A stretch of DNA of 64,000 nucleotides from Eledone cirrhosa (taxonomy: Eukaryota): the NCBI GenBank assembly GCA_964016885.1, contig OZ024745.1:46810001-46874000 (forward strand), written 5' to 3'. Position numbers and translations under genes: made by a program. Position 1 is the stretch's first letter, and each line of letters begins with the position of its first letter. Below are positions 52,783-64,000 of the stretch, piece after piece. Below the pieces are notes generated by a model, which searched no databases, was not told the DNA's origin, and worked only from the letters and a program-made list of their open reading frames with translations.

Positions 52783-54482
52783 ATAGTGTAATAATTTTTA
52801 TTAGGCGAATTATTATCAAAAGTGACATATTTTGTATACTGAAGGCAATTCTACTGATATACACACTATTTAGAAACATTCATACTGAAGAGAATCCATA
52901 CAACTATAGTATTTCCAATTAATATTTACTTTCAAAACAGTGAATTAACTAAACATAAACACATTTGTAAATTGCATGGTAGAATTTACAGGCAATCGAA
53001 ATGTGGTTACTAAGAGTTAACTACCTCAGTTATTGACACAATTGATTCCTTCAGCGTGGCTGAATGGTTAGAAAATTGGATTCGCAATCGTGAGGTTGTA
53101 ACTTCGATTCCGGGAAGGGCGATGCGTTATGTCCTTGAGTAAGACACTTTATTTCACGTTGCTCCTTCTAGCTGGAGCTGCGATCGATATATAATATTAA
53201 CAAGTGGAAAGACCAACGGGAACATTGTTTCCTCGGTCCAATTTGACTAAAAATCGATATATAGAGTAATTTCACACGCACAGGCTCCCTCATTCTTTCT
53301 CTCATGGCGAGAGTTAGTTCCCCTAACAGACACTTTATTTTAGATTACCTCCCCTAGTGGTTTATTTTTATTTTCCCATGGAAGCAGATGTAAACTTTAT
53401 CATCTTAGAAGTTGTAGTGAAACTCACATAGTCCCCACAAACATTTGGTTTGACACTAATGCGAACATCTACCATATTTCACTTTTAGACTGTAAGTATG
53501 AACTATATCGAATTATCATTTCGATATTTTATATTAACTAAAATAAAACTACATTAATAGAAGTGGATATGGAAGGAGAGACCATACCATAACACATGTT
53601 GGACCTTCATCAGTTCTGATGAGTGTTCCAGTTGTTTGATCAATGTAGCAGCTTGTTTGTGATATTAACATGCAAATGTATTTTTTCTACGTACCTACTA
53701 CCTCCATCTCACTTTACAGACTGAGTTCAAATCCCGTCGAGGTTAACTTTGCCTTTCATCCTTACGGGGTCGATAAAATAAAGTACCAGTAATACATTGG
53801 AATAATTGCTGGCCTTGTGCCAAAAGTAGAAACAATTATTATTTAGGGTGGTGGATTGGCAGTATCGGACGCCATACTTTGACATAGAGTTACGGCCCTT
53901 GAAATTCTGAGTTCAAATCCCACCGAGGTTAACTTTGCCTTTCATCCTTACGGGGTCGATAAAATAAAGTACCAGTAATGCACTGAGTAATTGCTGGCCT
54001 TGTGCTAAAAGTAGAAACAATTATTATCTCTGTAAGATATTTATTTTATTATCTGCTCAGTATCGTGGTTAGAATTGGGTTTTATCTTATATCTCTATTC
54101 CTTTACCCCTTTACATTTCATTACACCGGCATTCTTGTATTGCCTTATCTCCTTAATGCTTACTTCAAACAATGTGCCAAAGGACATCAGGCAGACACGC
54201 ATAGATACGTACGACAAGTTGACTGAGATGGCAATAATAGCTGCTAAATTATAGGAAGCCCCCAGCTGTGATCTGACTGAAAAGAGACAAGTGAATACGG
54301 TGAAATACCACTATGACAGAATTTGTGGTAGCATATATATAAGGATAATATTCAACCGCAAGTCTGCATGTTAAAACTGGTGTCCTGTCCAGGGGTGAGT
54401 CTTGAACTCTGTCGCTTCACGCCATAAAACCAGGATAAGCACCGGTCAAATGAGCCTTCTTGCTTAACGCACACTTGAGACA

Positions 54483-56223
54483 TATCACCTTGACCGACCA
54501 GTCTGTCGGGCGCCGCTGTTATAGCCATCTTTTTTATGGGGGGTGGGTCCGTTTTTTATTTGGGTGTCCCATTATTTTATTTGGGTGCCCCGTGCTTTAT
54601 TTGGGTTCTCGTTTTTTATGGGGGGGGGGACCGTTCTTTATCTGGGTGCCCCGTTTTTTATGGGGGTGCCCGTTTTTTATGGGGAGTGTCCGTTTTTCAT
54701 TTGGGTGCTCCGTTTTTATGTGGGTTGGGGGTCCGTGTATTATTTTGGTGCCAGGATTTTTATTTCGGTGGCCCGTTTTCTATTTGGGTGCACCGTTTTT
54801 TTATTTGGGTGCCCGATTTTTTTATTTGGGTGCCCCGTTATTTATTTGGGTAGCCATTTTTTATGGGGGGGGGGTTATTTGGGTGCACCTTTTTTATGGG
54901 GGGGGTCCGTTTTTTATGGGGGGGGGTCCGTTTTTTATCTGCGTGCCCCGTTTTTTATTTGGGTGCCTCGTTTTTTATTTGGGTGCCCGATTTTTTTATT
55001 TGTGTGCCAGGTATTTTATTTGGGTGCCACGTTTTTTATTTGGGTGCCCCGTTTTTTTATTTGGGTGCTCCGTTTTTTATTTGGGTGCCTCGTTTTTTAT
55101 TTGTGTGCCCCGTTTTTTTTATTTGGGTGCCAGGTATTTTATTTGGGTGCCACGTTTTTTATTTGGGTGCCCCGTTTTTTTATTTGGGTGCCCCGTGTTT
55201 TATGAGGGGGGGGGGGGTTATGGGGGGGGGTTTCCATTTTTTATTTGGGTGACTCGTTTTTTATTTGGGTGCCCCGTTTTTATGGGGGATGTCCGTTTCT
55301 CATGGGGGGGGGGGGGCATTTTTTATGCCGAAGGCCGTTTTTTATTTGGGTGCTCGGTTTTTTTATTTGGCTGCCCCGTTTTTTATGGGGTCGGGTCCGT
55401 TTTTTATGGGGGGGGGAGTCCCTTTTTTATTTGGGTGCCCCATTTTGTATTTGGGTCTTTGTTTTTATTGGGGGGTGCCCGTTTTTTTTATTTGGGTGCC
55501 CCGTTTTTTATTTGGGTGCTCCGTTTTTTTATTTGGGTACCCCGTTTTTTATTTGGGTGCCCCGTTTTTATGGGGGATGTCCTTTTTTATGGGGGGGGGG
55601 GGGGCATTTTTTATGGGGAAGGCCGTTTTTTATTTGGGTGCTCGGTTTTTTTATTTGGCTGCCCCTTTTTTTATGGGGGGAGTCCTTTTTTTTATTTGGG
55701 TGCCACGTTTTATGGGGCGGGGGTCCGTTTTTTATTTGGGTGCCCCAATTTTTATTTGGGTGCCCCGTTTTTTATTTGGGTGCCCCGTATTTTATTTGGG
55801 TGCCCCGTTTTTATATGGGTGCCCCGTTTTTTTATTTTGGTGCCCCGTTTTGTATTTGGGTCCCCATTTTTATTGGGGGGTGCCCGTTTTTTTTATTTTG
55901 GTGCCCCGTTTTTTTATTTGGGTGCCCCGTTTTTTATTTGGGTGCCCTGTTTTTTTTATTTGGGTGCCCCATTCTTATGGGTTGGGGTCCGTTTTTTATG
56001 GAGGGCCCCTTTTTTATTAGGGTGTCCCGTTTTATGAGGGGGGGGGTCCGTTTTTTATATGGGTGCCCCGTTTTTTTATCTGGGTGCCCCGTATTTTTTG
56101 GGAGTGCGCCGTTTTTTATTTGTGTGCCCCATTTTTTTATTTGGGTGCCACGTTTTTTTATTTGGGTGCCACGTTTTTTTATTGGGTGGGGGTCCGTTTT
56201 TAATTTGGTCGGTCAAGGTGATA
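54483..56223. mobile_element. TIR-bounded satellite-filled element, copy 4 (1.7 kb)
   Basis: Same termini; ~16-bp deletion in the left subterminal segment (cgccgctgttatagcc). Confidence 0.8.
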
Positions 56224-57916
56224 ATAGTGTAATAATTTTTATTAGGCGAATTATTATCAAAAGTGACATATTTTGTATACTGAAGGTACTGATATACAAA
56301 CTATTTAGAAACATTCATACTGAAGAGAATCCATACAACTATAGTATTTCCAATTAATATTTACTTTCAAAACAGTGAATTAACTAAACATAAACACATT
56401 TGTAAATTGCATGGTAGAATTTACAGGCAATCGAAATGTGGTTACTAAGAGTTAAGTACCTTAGTTATTGACACAATTGATTCCTTCAGCGTGGCTGAAT
56501 GGTTAGAAAATTGGATTCGCAATCGTGAGGTTGTAACTTCGATTCCGGGAAGGGCGATGCGTTATGTCCTTGAGTAAGACACTTTATTTCACGTTGCTCC
56601 TTCTATCTGGAGTTGCGATCGATATATAGTATTAACAAGTGGAAAGACCAACGGGAACATTGTTTCCTCGGTCCAATTTGACTAAAAATCGATATATAGA
56701 GTAATTTCACACGCACAGGCTCCCTCATTCTTTCTCTCATGGCGAGAGTTAGTTCCGCTGACAGACACTTTATTTTAGATTACCTCCCCTAGTGGTTTAT
56801 TTTTATTTTCCCATGGAAGCAGATGTAAACTTTATCATCTTAGAAGTTGTAGTGAAACTCACATAGTCCCCACAAACATTTGGTTTGACACTAATGCGAA
56901 CATCTGCCATATTTCACTTTTAGACTGTAAGTATGAAATATATCGAATTATCATTTCGATATTTTATATTAACTAAAATAAAACTACATTAATAGAAGTG
57001 GATATGGAAGGAGAGACCATACCATAACACATGTTGGACCTTCATCAGTTCTGATGAGTGTTCCAGTTGTTTGATCAATGTAGCAGCTTGTTTGTGATAT
57101 TAACATGCAAATGTATTTTTTCTACGTACCTACTACCTCCATCTCACTTTACAGACTGAGTTCAAATCCCGTCGAGGTTAACTTTGCCTTTCATCCTTAC
57201 GGGGTCGATAAAATAAAGTACCAGTAATACATTGGAATAATTGCTGGCCTTGTGCCAAAAGTAGAAACAATTATTATTTAGGGTGGTGGATTGGCAATAT
57301 CGGACGCCATGCTTTGACATAGAGTTACGGCCCTTGACATTCTGAGTTCAAATCCCACCGAGGTTAACTTTGCCTTTCATCCTTACGGGGTCGATAAAAT
57401 AAAGTACCAGTAATGCACTGAGTAATTGCTGGCCTTGTGCTAAAAGTAGAAACAATTATTATGTCTGTAAGATATTTATTTTATTATCTGCTCAGTATCG
57501 AGGTTAGAATTGGGTTTTATCTTATATCTCTATTCCTTTCCCCCTTTACATTTCATTACACCGGCATTCTTGTATTGCCTTATCTCCTTAATGCTTACTT
57601 CGAACAATGTGCCAGAGGACATCAGGCAGACACGCATAGATACGTACGACAAGTTGACTGAGATGGCAATAATAGCTGCTAAATTATAGGAAGCCCCAGC
57701 TGTGATCTGACTGAAAAGAGACAAGTGAATACGGTGAAATACCACTATGACAGAATTTGTGGTAGCATATATATAAGGATAATATTCAACCACAAGTCTA
57801 CATGTTAAAACTAGCGTCCTGTCCAGGGGTGAGTCTTGAACTCTGTCGCTTCACGCCATAAAACTAGGATAAGCACCGGTCAAATGAGCCTTCTTGCTTA
57901 ACACACACTTGAGACA

Positions 57917-60900
57917 TATCACCTTGACCGACCAGTCTGTCGGGCGCCGCTGGTCACAGCACGTGCTGTTTTAGCCATCCTTTTTTATGGGGGGGGGGGG
58001 GGGCGTTTTTTATGGGGGGTGGTCCGTTTTTATTTGGATGTCCGTTTTTTATGGAGGGGAGGTCCGTTTCTTATTTTGGTGCCCCGTTTTTTATTTGGGT
58101 GTCCCATTATTTTATTTGGGTGTCCCATTATTTTATTTGGGTGCCCCGTTTTTTATTTGGGTGCCCCGTTTTTTTATTTGGGGGTCCGTTTTTTATTTGG
58201 GTGCCCCGTTTATTTATGGGGGCGGGTTCGTTTTTTATTTGGATGCACCGTTTTTTTATGGGGGTCCGTTTTTATCTGGGTACCCCGTTTATTATGGGAG
58301 GGGGCGTTTTTTATTTGGGTGCCTCGTTTTTTATTTGGGTGCCCCGTTTTTTATTTGGGTGCCCCGTTTTTTTATGGAGGGGTCCGTTTTTTATTTGGGT
58401 GCCCCGTTTTTTATGGGGGGGGGTCCGTTTATTATTTGGGTGCCCCGTTTTTTTATGGGGGGATCCGTTTTTTATTTGGGTGCCCCGTTTTTTATTTGGG
58501 TGCCCCGTTTTCATGGGGGAGTCCGTTTTTTATTTGGGTGCCCCGTTTTTTTATGGGGGCTCCGTTTTTTATTTGGGTCCGTTTTTTATTTGGATGTCCC
58601 GTTTTTTTATGGGGGAGGTCTGTTTTTTATTTGGGTGCCCCGTTTTTTTATGGGGGGGGGGGTCCGTTTTTTATTTGGGCGCCCCGTTTTTTATTTGGGT
58701 GCCCCGTTTTTTATTTGGGTGCCCCGTCTTTTTATGGAGGGTCCGTTTTTTTATTTGGGTGCCCTGTTTTTTATTTGGGTGCCCCGTCTTTTTATGGGGG
58801 GTCCGTTTTTTTATTTGGGTGCCCTGTTTTTTATTTGGGTGCCCCGTTTTTTTATGGGGGGGTGTTCGTTTTTTATTTGGGTGCCCCGTTTTTTATTTGG
58901 GTGCCCCGTTTTTTTATGGGAGGGTCCGTTTTTTATTTGGGTGCCCCGTTTTTTTTATGGGGTATCCGTTTTTTATTTGGGTGTCCCGTTTTTTATGGGG
59001 GGGTCCGTTTTTTATTTGGGTGCCCCGTTTTTTATTTGGGTGCCCCGTTTTTTGTGGGGGGTCCGTTTTTTATTTGGGGGTCCGTTTTTTATTGGGGGGT
59101 CCGTTTTTTATTGGGGGCTCCGTTTTTTATTTGGGTGCCCCGTTTATTCATGGGGGGTTCCGTTTTTTATTTGGGAGGTCCGTTATTTATTGGGGAGTCC
59201 GTTTTTTATTTGTGTGCCCCGTTTTTTCATGGGGGGATCCCTTTTTTATTTGGGTGCCCCGTTTGTTTATGGGGGTCCGTTTTTTATTTTGGTGCCCCGT
59301 TTTTTTATGTGGGGGTCCGTTTTTTATTTGGGTGCCATTTTTTTTATGGGGAGGTCCCTTTTTTATTTGGGTGCCCTGTTTTTTATTTGGGTGCCCCGTT
59401 TTTTATGGAGGGGTCCGTTTTTTATTTGGGTGCCCCGTTTTTTTATGGGGGGGGGTTCGTTTTTTATTTGGGTGCCCCGTTTTTTTATGGGGGTGTCTGT
59501 TTATTTATTTGGGTGCCCCGTTTTTTATGGGGGAGGTCCGTTTTTTATTTGGGTGCCCCGTTTTTTTATGGGCAGGGTCCGTTTTTTATTTGGGTGCCCG
59601 TTTTTTATGTGGGGTCCGTTTTTATTTTGTTCCGCGTTCTTTATTTGGGTGTGCCGTCTTCTATTTGGAAACCACGTTTTTTTGTTCGGGTGTCGGTTTT
59701 TTGTTTGGGTGTCCTATTTTTTATTCGGATGCCGCTTTTTTGTTATTTGGACGCCCCGATTTTTATTTGGGTGCCCCGAATCTTTATTTGGGTACCCCGT
59801 TTTTTATTTGGGGCTCCGTTTTTTTATTTGGGTGCCCGTTTTTTATTGGAGGTTGGGTCCGTTTTTTATATGGGTGCCCGTTTTTTATGGGGGACTCCGT
59901 TTTTTATTTGGGTTCCGCGTTCTTTATTTGGGTGCCCCGTTCTTTATTTGGGTGCCCCGTTTTTTTATTTGTATGCCCGTTTTTTATTGGGGGGTCTTTT
60001 TTGGGGGGGGGGCCCCGTTTTTTATTTGGGTGCCCCTTTTTATTTGGGTGCCCCGGCTTTTATATGGGTGCCCAGTTTTTTAATTGGGTGCCCCGTTTTT
60101 TATTTGGGTTCCCCGTTTTTTTATGGGCGGTCCATTTTTTATTTGGGGGCCCCTTTTTTTATTTGAGTGCCCTGTTTTTTTATGGGGGGGGGTCCGTTTT
60201 TTATCTGCGTGCCCCGTTTTTTTATGGGGCGGTCCGTTTTTATTTGGGTGCCCCGTTTTTTTGGGAGGGGTCGTTTTTTATTTGGGTGCCCCGTTCTTTT
60301 ATGGGGTGTCCGTATTTTATTTGGGAGGCCCGTTTTTTCATGGGGGGGTCCATTTTTTATTTGGGTGCCCCGTTTTTTATTTGGGTACGCCGTTTTTTTA
60401 TGGGGTGGGTCCGTTTTTTATTTGGGTGCCCCGTTATTTTATGGGGGCTCCATTTTTTATTTGGGGCCCCTTTTTTTATTTGGGTGCCCTGTTTTTTTAC
60501 GGGGAGTCCGTTTTTTACTTGGGTGCCCCGTTTTTTTATGGGGCGGTCCGTTTTTATTTGGGTGTACCGTTTTTTTATGGGGTTCCATTTTTTATTTGGG
60601 TGCCCCGTTTTTTATTTGGCTGCCCCGTTTTTTAATGGGGGGTCCGTTTTTTATTTGGGTGCCCCGCTCTTCTATGGGGGTGCCGTTTTTTATTTGGGTG
60701 CTCTGTTTTTTTATGGGGGGGGTCCGTTTTTTATTTGGGTGCCCCGTTTTTTATTTGGGTGACCCGTTTTTTATTTTGATGCCCCGTTTTTTATGGAGGG
60801 GTCCGTTTTTTATTTGGGTGCCCCGTTTTTTATTTGGGTGCCCCGTCTTTTATTTGGGTGGCCCGTTTTTTTATTTGGGTGCCCCGTTTTATTTGGGTGA

Positions 60901-63900
60901 CCCGTCTTTTATTTGGGTGCCCCGTTTTTTTATTTGGGTGCCCCTTTTTTGTTTGGGTGCCCCGTTTTTTATTTAGGTGACCCATTATTTTATTTGGGCC
61001 CATGTTTTTTATTTGGGTGCCCCGTTTTTTTATGGGGGGTCCATTTTTTATTTGGGTGCCCCGTGTTTTTTTTGGGTGCCCCGTTTTTTATTTGGGTGCC
61101 TCGTTTTTTATTTGGGTGCCACGTTTTTTATTTGGGTGCCCCGTTATTTTATTTGTGGCCCCGTTTTTTATTTGAGTGCCACGTTTGTTTTGGAGGGATC
61201 CATTTTTTATTTGGGTGCCCCGTGTTTTTATTTGGGTGCCCCGTTTTTTATTTGGGTGCCCCGTTTTTTATTTGGGTGCCTGGTTTTTTTATTTGGGTGA
61301 CTCGTTTTTTTTTGGGTGCCCCGTTTTTTATTGGGTGGGGTCCGTTTTTTATTTGGGTGCCCCGTTTTAAAGGGTGGTCCGTTTTTTATTTGGGTGCACC
61401 GTATTTTATTTGGGTGAACCGTATTTTATTTGGGTGCCCCGTCTATTATTTGGGTGCCCCGTTTTTTATTGGGGTGGGGTTCGTTTTTTATGGTGGAGTC
61501 CGTTTTCTATTTGGGTGCCTCGTTTTATGGGGGGGGCGTATTTTTTTGGGTGCCCCGTTTTTATATGGGGGGTCCGTTTTTTATTTGGGTGCCCCGTCTT
61601 TTTATTTGGGTGCCCCGTTTTTTATTTGAGTGCCCCGTTTTTTAATTGGGTTCCCCGTTCTTTATTTGGTTGCCCCGTTCTTTATTAGGGTGCCCCGTTT
61701 TTTATTTGGGTGCCTCGTTTTTTTATTTGGGTGACTCGTTTTTTATTTGGGTGCCCCGTTCTTTTATTTGGGTGCCCCGTTTTTTATTTGGGTGCCCCGT
61801 TTTTTTATTTGGGTCCCTCGTTTTTTATTGGGTGGGGTCCGTTTTTTATTTGGGTGCCCCGTTTTAAAGGGTGGTCCGTTTTTTATTTGGGTTCCCCGTT
61901 CTTTATTTGGGTGCCCTGTTCTTTATTTGGGTGCCCCATCTTTTATTTGGTGCCCCGTTTTTTATTTGGGTGCCCCGTTTTATGGGCGGGTTCCGTTTTT
62001 TATTTCGGTGCTCCGTTTTTTTATGGGGGGGTCCGTTTTTTATTTCGGTGCCCCGTTTTTTATTTGGTTGACCCGTTCTTTATTTTGATGCCCCGTTTTT
62101 TATGGAGGGGTCCGTTTTTTATTTGGGTGCCCCGTTTTTTATTTGGGTGCCCCGTCTTTTATTTGGGTGGCCCGTTTTTTTATTTGGGTGCCCCGTTTTA
62201 TTTGGGTGCCCCGTCTTTTATTTGGGTGCCCCGTTTTTTATTTGGGTGCCCCTTTTTTGTTTGGGTGCCCCGTTTTTTTATTTAGGTGACCCATTATTTT
62301 ATTTGGGCCCATGTCTTTTATTTGGGTGCCCCGTTTTTTTATGGGGGGTCCATTTTTTATTTGGGTGCCCCGTGTTTTTTTTGGGTGCCCCTTTTTTTAT
62401 TTGGGTGCCTCGTTTTTTATTTGGGTGCCACGTTTTTTATTTGGGTGCCCCGTTATTTTATTTGTGGCCCCGTTTTTTATTTGGGTGCCACGTTTGTTTT
62501 GGAGGGATCCATTTTTTATTTGGGTGCCCCGTGTTTTTCTTTGGGTGCCCCGTTTTTTATTTGGGTGCCCCGTCTTTTATTTGGGTGCCTCGTTTTTTTA
62601 TTTGGGTGACTCGTTTTTTTTTTGGGTGCCCCGTTTTTTTATTTGGGTGCCCCGTTTTTTATTTGGGTCCCTCGTTTTTTATTGGGTGGGGTCCGTTTTT
62701 TATTTGGGTGCCCCGTTTTAAAGGGTGGTCCGTTTTTTATTTGGGTTCCCCGTTCTTTATTTGGGTGCCCTGTTCTTTATTTGGGTGCCCCGTCTTTTAT
62801 TTGGTGCCCCGTTTTTTATTTGGGTGCCTCGTTTTATGGGCGGGTTCCGTTTTTTATTTGGATGCCCCGTTTTTTATTTGGTGCCCCGTTTTTAATTTGG
62901 GTGCCCCGTTCTTTTATTTATGTGCGCGTTTTTTTATTTGGGCGACCCGTTTTTTTATTTGGGTGCACGTTTCTTATTTTGGTACCCCTTTTTTTATTTG
63001 GGTGCCCCGTTTTTTATTTGGGTGCCCCGATTTTTCATGGGAGGTCTGTTTTTTATTTGGGTACCCCGTTTTTTTATGGGGGGTCCGTTTTTTATTTGGA
63101 TGCCCCGTTTTTTTATGGGCGGGTGGTTTTTTTATTTGGGTGCCTCGTTATTTATGGCGGGTCCGTTCTTTATTTGGGTGCCCCGTTTTAAAGGTTGGTC
63201 CGTTTTTTATTTGGGTGCCCCGTTTTTTAATTGGGTTCCCCATTCTTTATTTGGGTGCCCTGTTCTTTATTTGGGTGCCCCGTTTTTTATTTGCGTGCTC
63301 CGTTTTTTTTATTTGGGTGCCCCGTTTTTTATGGGGGGGTTCCGTCTTTTGTTTGGGTGCCCCGTTTTTTATTTGGGTGCCCCGTTTTATTATTTGGGTT
63401 CCCCGTTTTTAATTTGGGTGCTCCGTTTTTTTATTTGGATGCCCGTTTTTTATTTGGGTGCACCGTATTTTATTTGGGTGAACCGTATTTTATTTGGGTG
63501 CCCCGTCTATTATTTGGGTGACCCGTTTTTTATTGGGGTGGGGTTCGTTTTTTATGGTGGAGAACGTTTTTTATTTGGGTGCCTCGTTTTATGGGGGGGC
63601 GTATTTTTTTGGGTGCCCCGTTTTTATATGGGGGGTCCGTTTTTTATTTGGGGGCCCCGTCTTTTTATTTGGGTGCCCCGTTTTTTATTTGAGTGCCCCG
63701 TTTTTTAATTGGGTTCCCCGTTCTTTATTTGGTTGCCCCATTCTTTATTAGGGTGCCCCGTTTTTTATTTGGGTGCCTCGTTTTTTTATTTGGGTGACTC
63801 GTTTTTTATTTGGGTGCCCCGTTTTTTTATTTGGGTGCCCCGTTTTTTATTTGGGTGCCCCGTTTTTTTATTTGGGTCCCTCGTTTTTTATTGGGTGGGG

Positions 63901-64000
63901 TCCGTTTTTTATTTGGGTGCCCCGTTTTAAAGGGTGGTCCGTTTTTTATTTGGGTTCCCCGTTCTTTATTTGGGTGCCCTGTTCTTTATTTGGGTGCCCC
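57917..64000. mobile_element. TIR-bounded satellite-filled element, copy 5 (>6 kb, truncated by the window)
   Basis: Left terminus at 57917; satellite continues to the window end. Confidence 0.75.

Larger units (their letters stand above)
40706..64000. repeat. Tandem array of a composite unit (~1.7 kb constant segment plus TIR-bounded satellite element), 5 copies, runs off the window
   Basis: Near-identical constant segments at 40706-42398, 43400-45077, 45994-47693, 52783-54482 and 56224-57916; each contains a decayed zinc-finger remnant, a tRNA-like SINE head and two tandem SINE cores. Confidence 0.97.

Noticed and set aside
42470-64000. Many long ORFs (up to 916 aa) rich in FFIWVPRFLFGCPVFYLGAP
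   Set aside because: All three + frames are open because the A-poor satellite rarely forms stops; homopolymer length changes shift frame freely, so there is no coding constraint.

Overview
AT-rich eukaryotic (metazoan) genomic DNA; the repeat content and the multi-finger C2H2 gene style suggest an octopus/coleoid cephalopod (inference). 1-27 kb: the last 14 coding exons of an IQGAP-family gene (+ strand, 6581-23691; GAP-related domain and RasGAP C-terminal domain), all with phase-compatible GT-AG junctions. Its introns hold an ~84-copy 46-bp minisatellite, a deleted mariner element, MITEs, RTE/SINE remnants, several foldback hairpins and a Penelope-type minimal hammerhead ribozyme motif. 27-40 kb: decayed non-LTR retrotransposons (Ingi/Vingi-like, CRE-like, RTE, CR1) and a C2H2 zinc-finger pseudogene split by a CR1 insertion. 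40.7-64 kb: five tandem copies of a composite unit made of ~1.7 kb of host/SINE sequence plus an element bounded by 18-bp inverted repeats and filled with a ~20-bp T/G-rich satellite of very variable length. The duplication breakpoint falls at that element's right terminal repeat. The long ORFs in this last region are satellite artefacts. All coordinates were read by eye, and family assignments rest on recalled motifs, not database searches.
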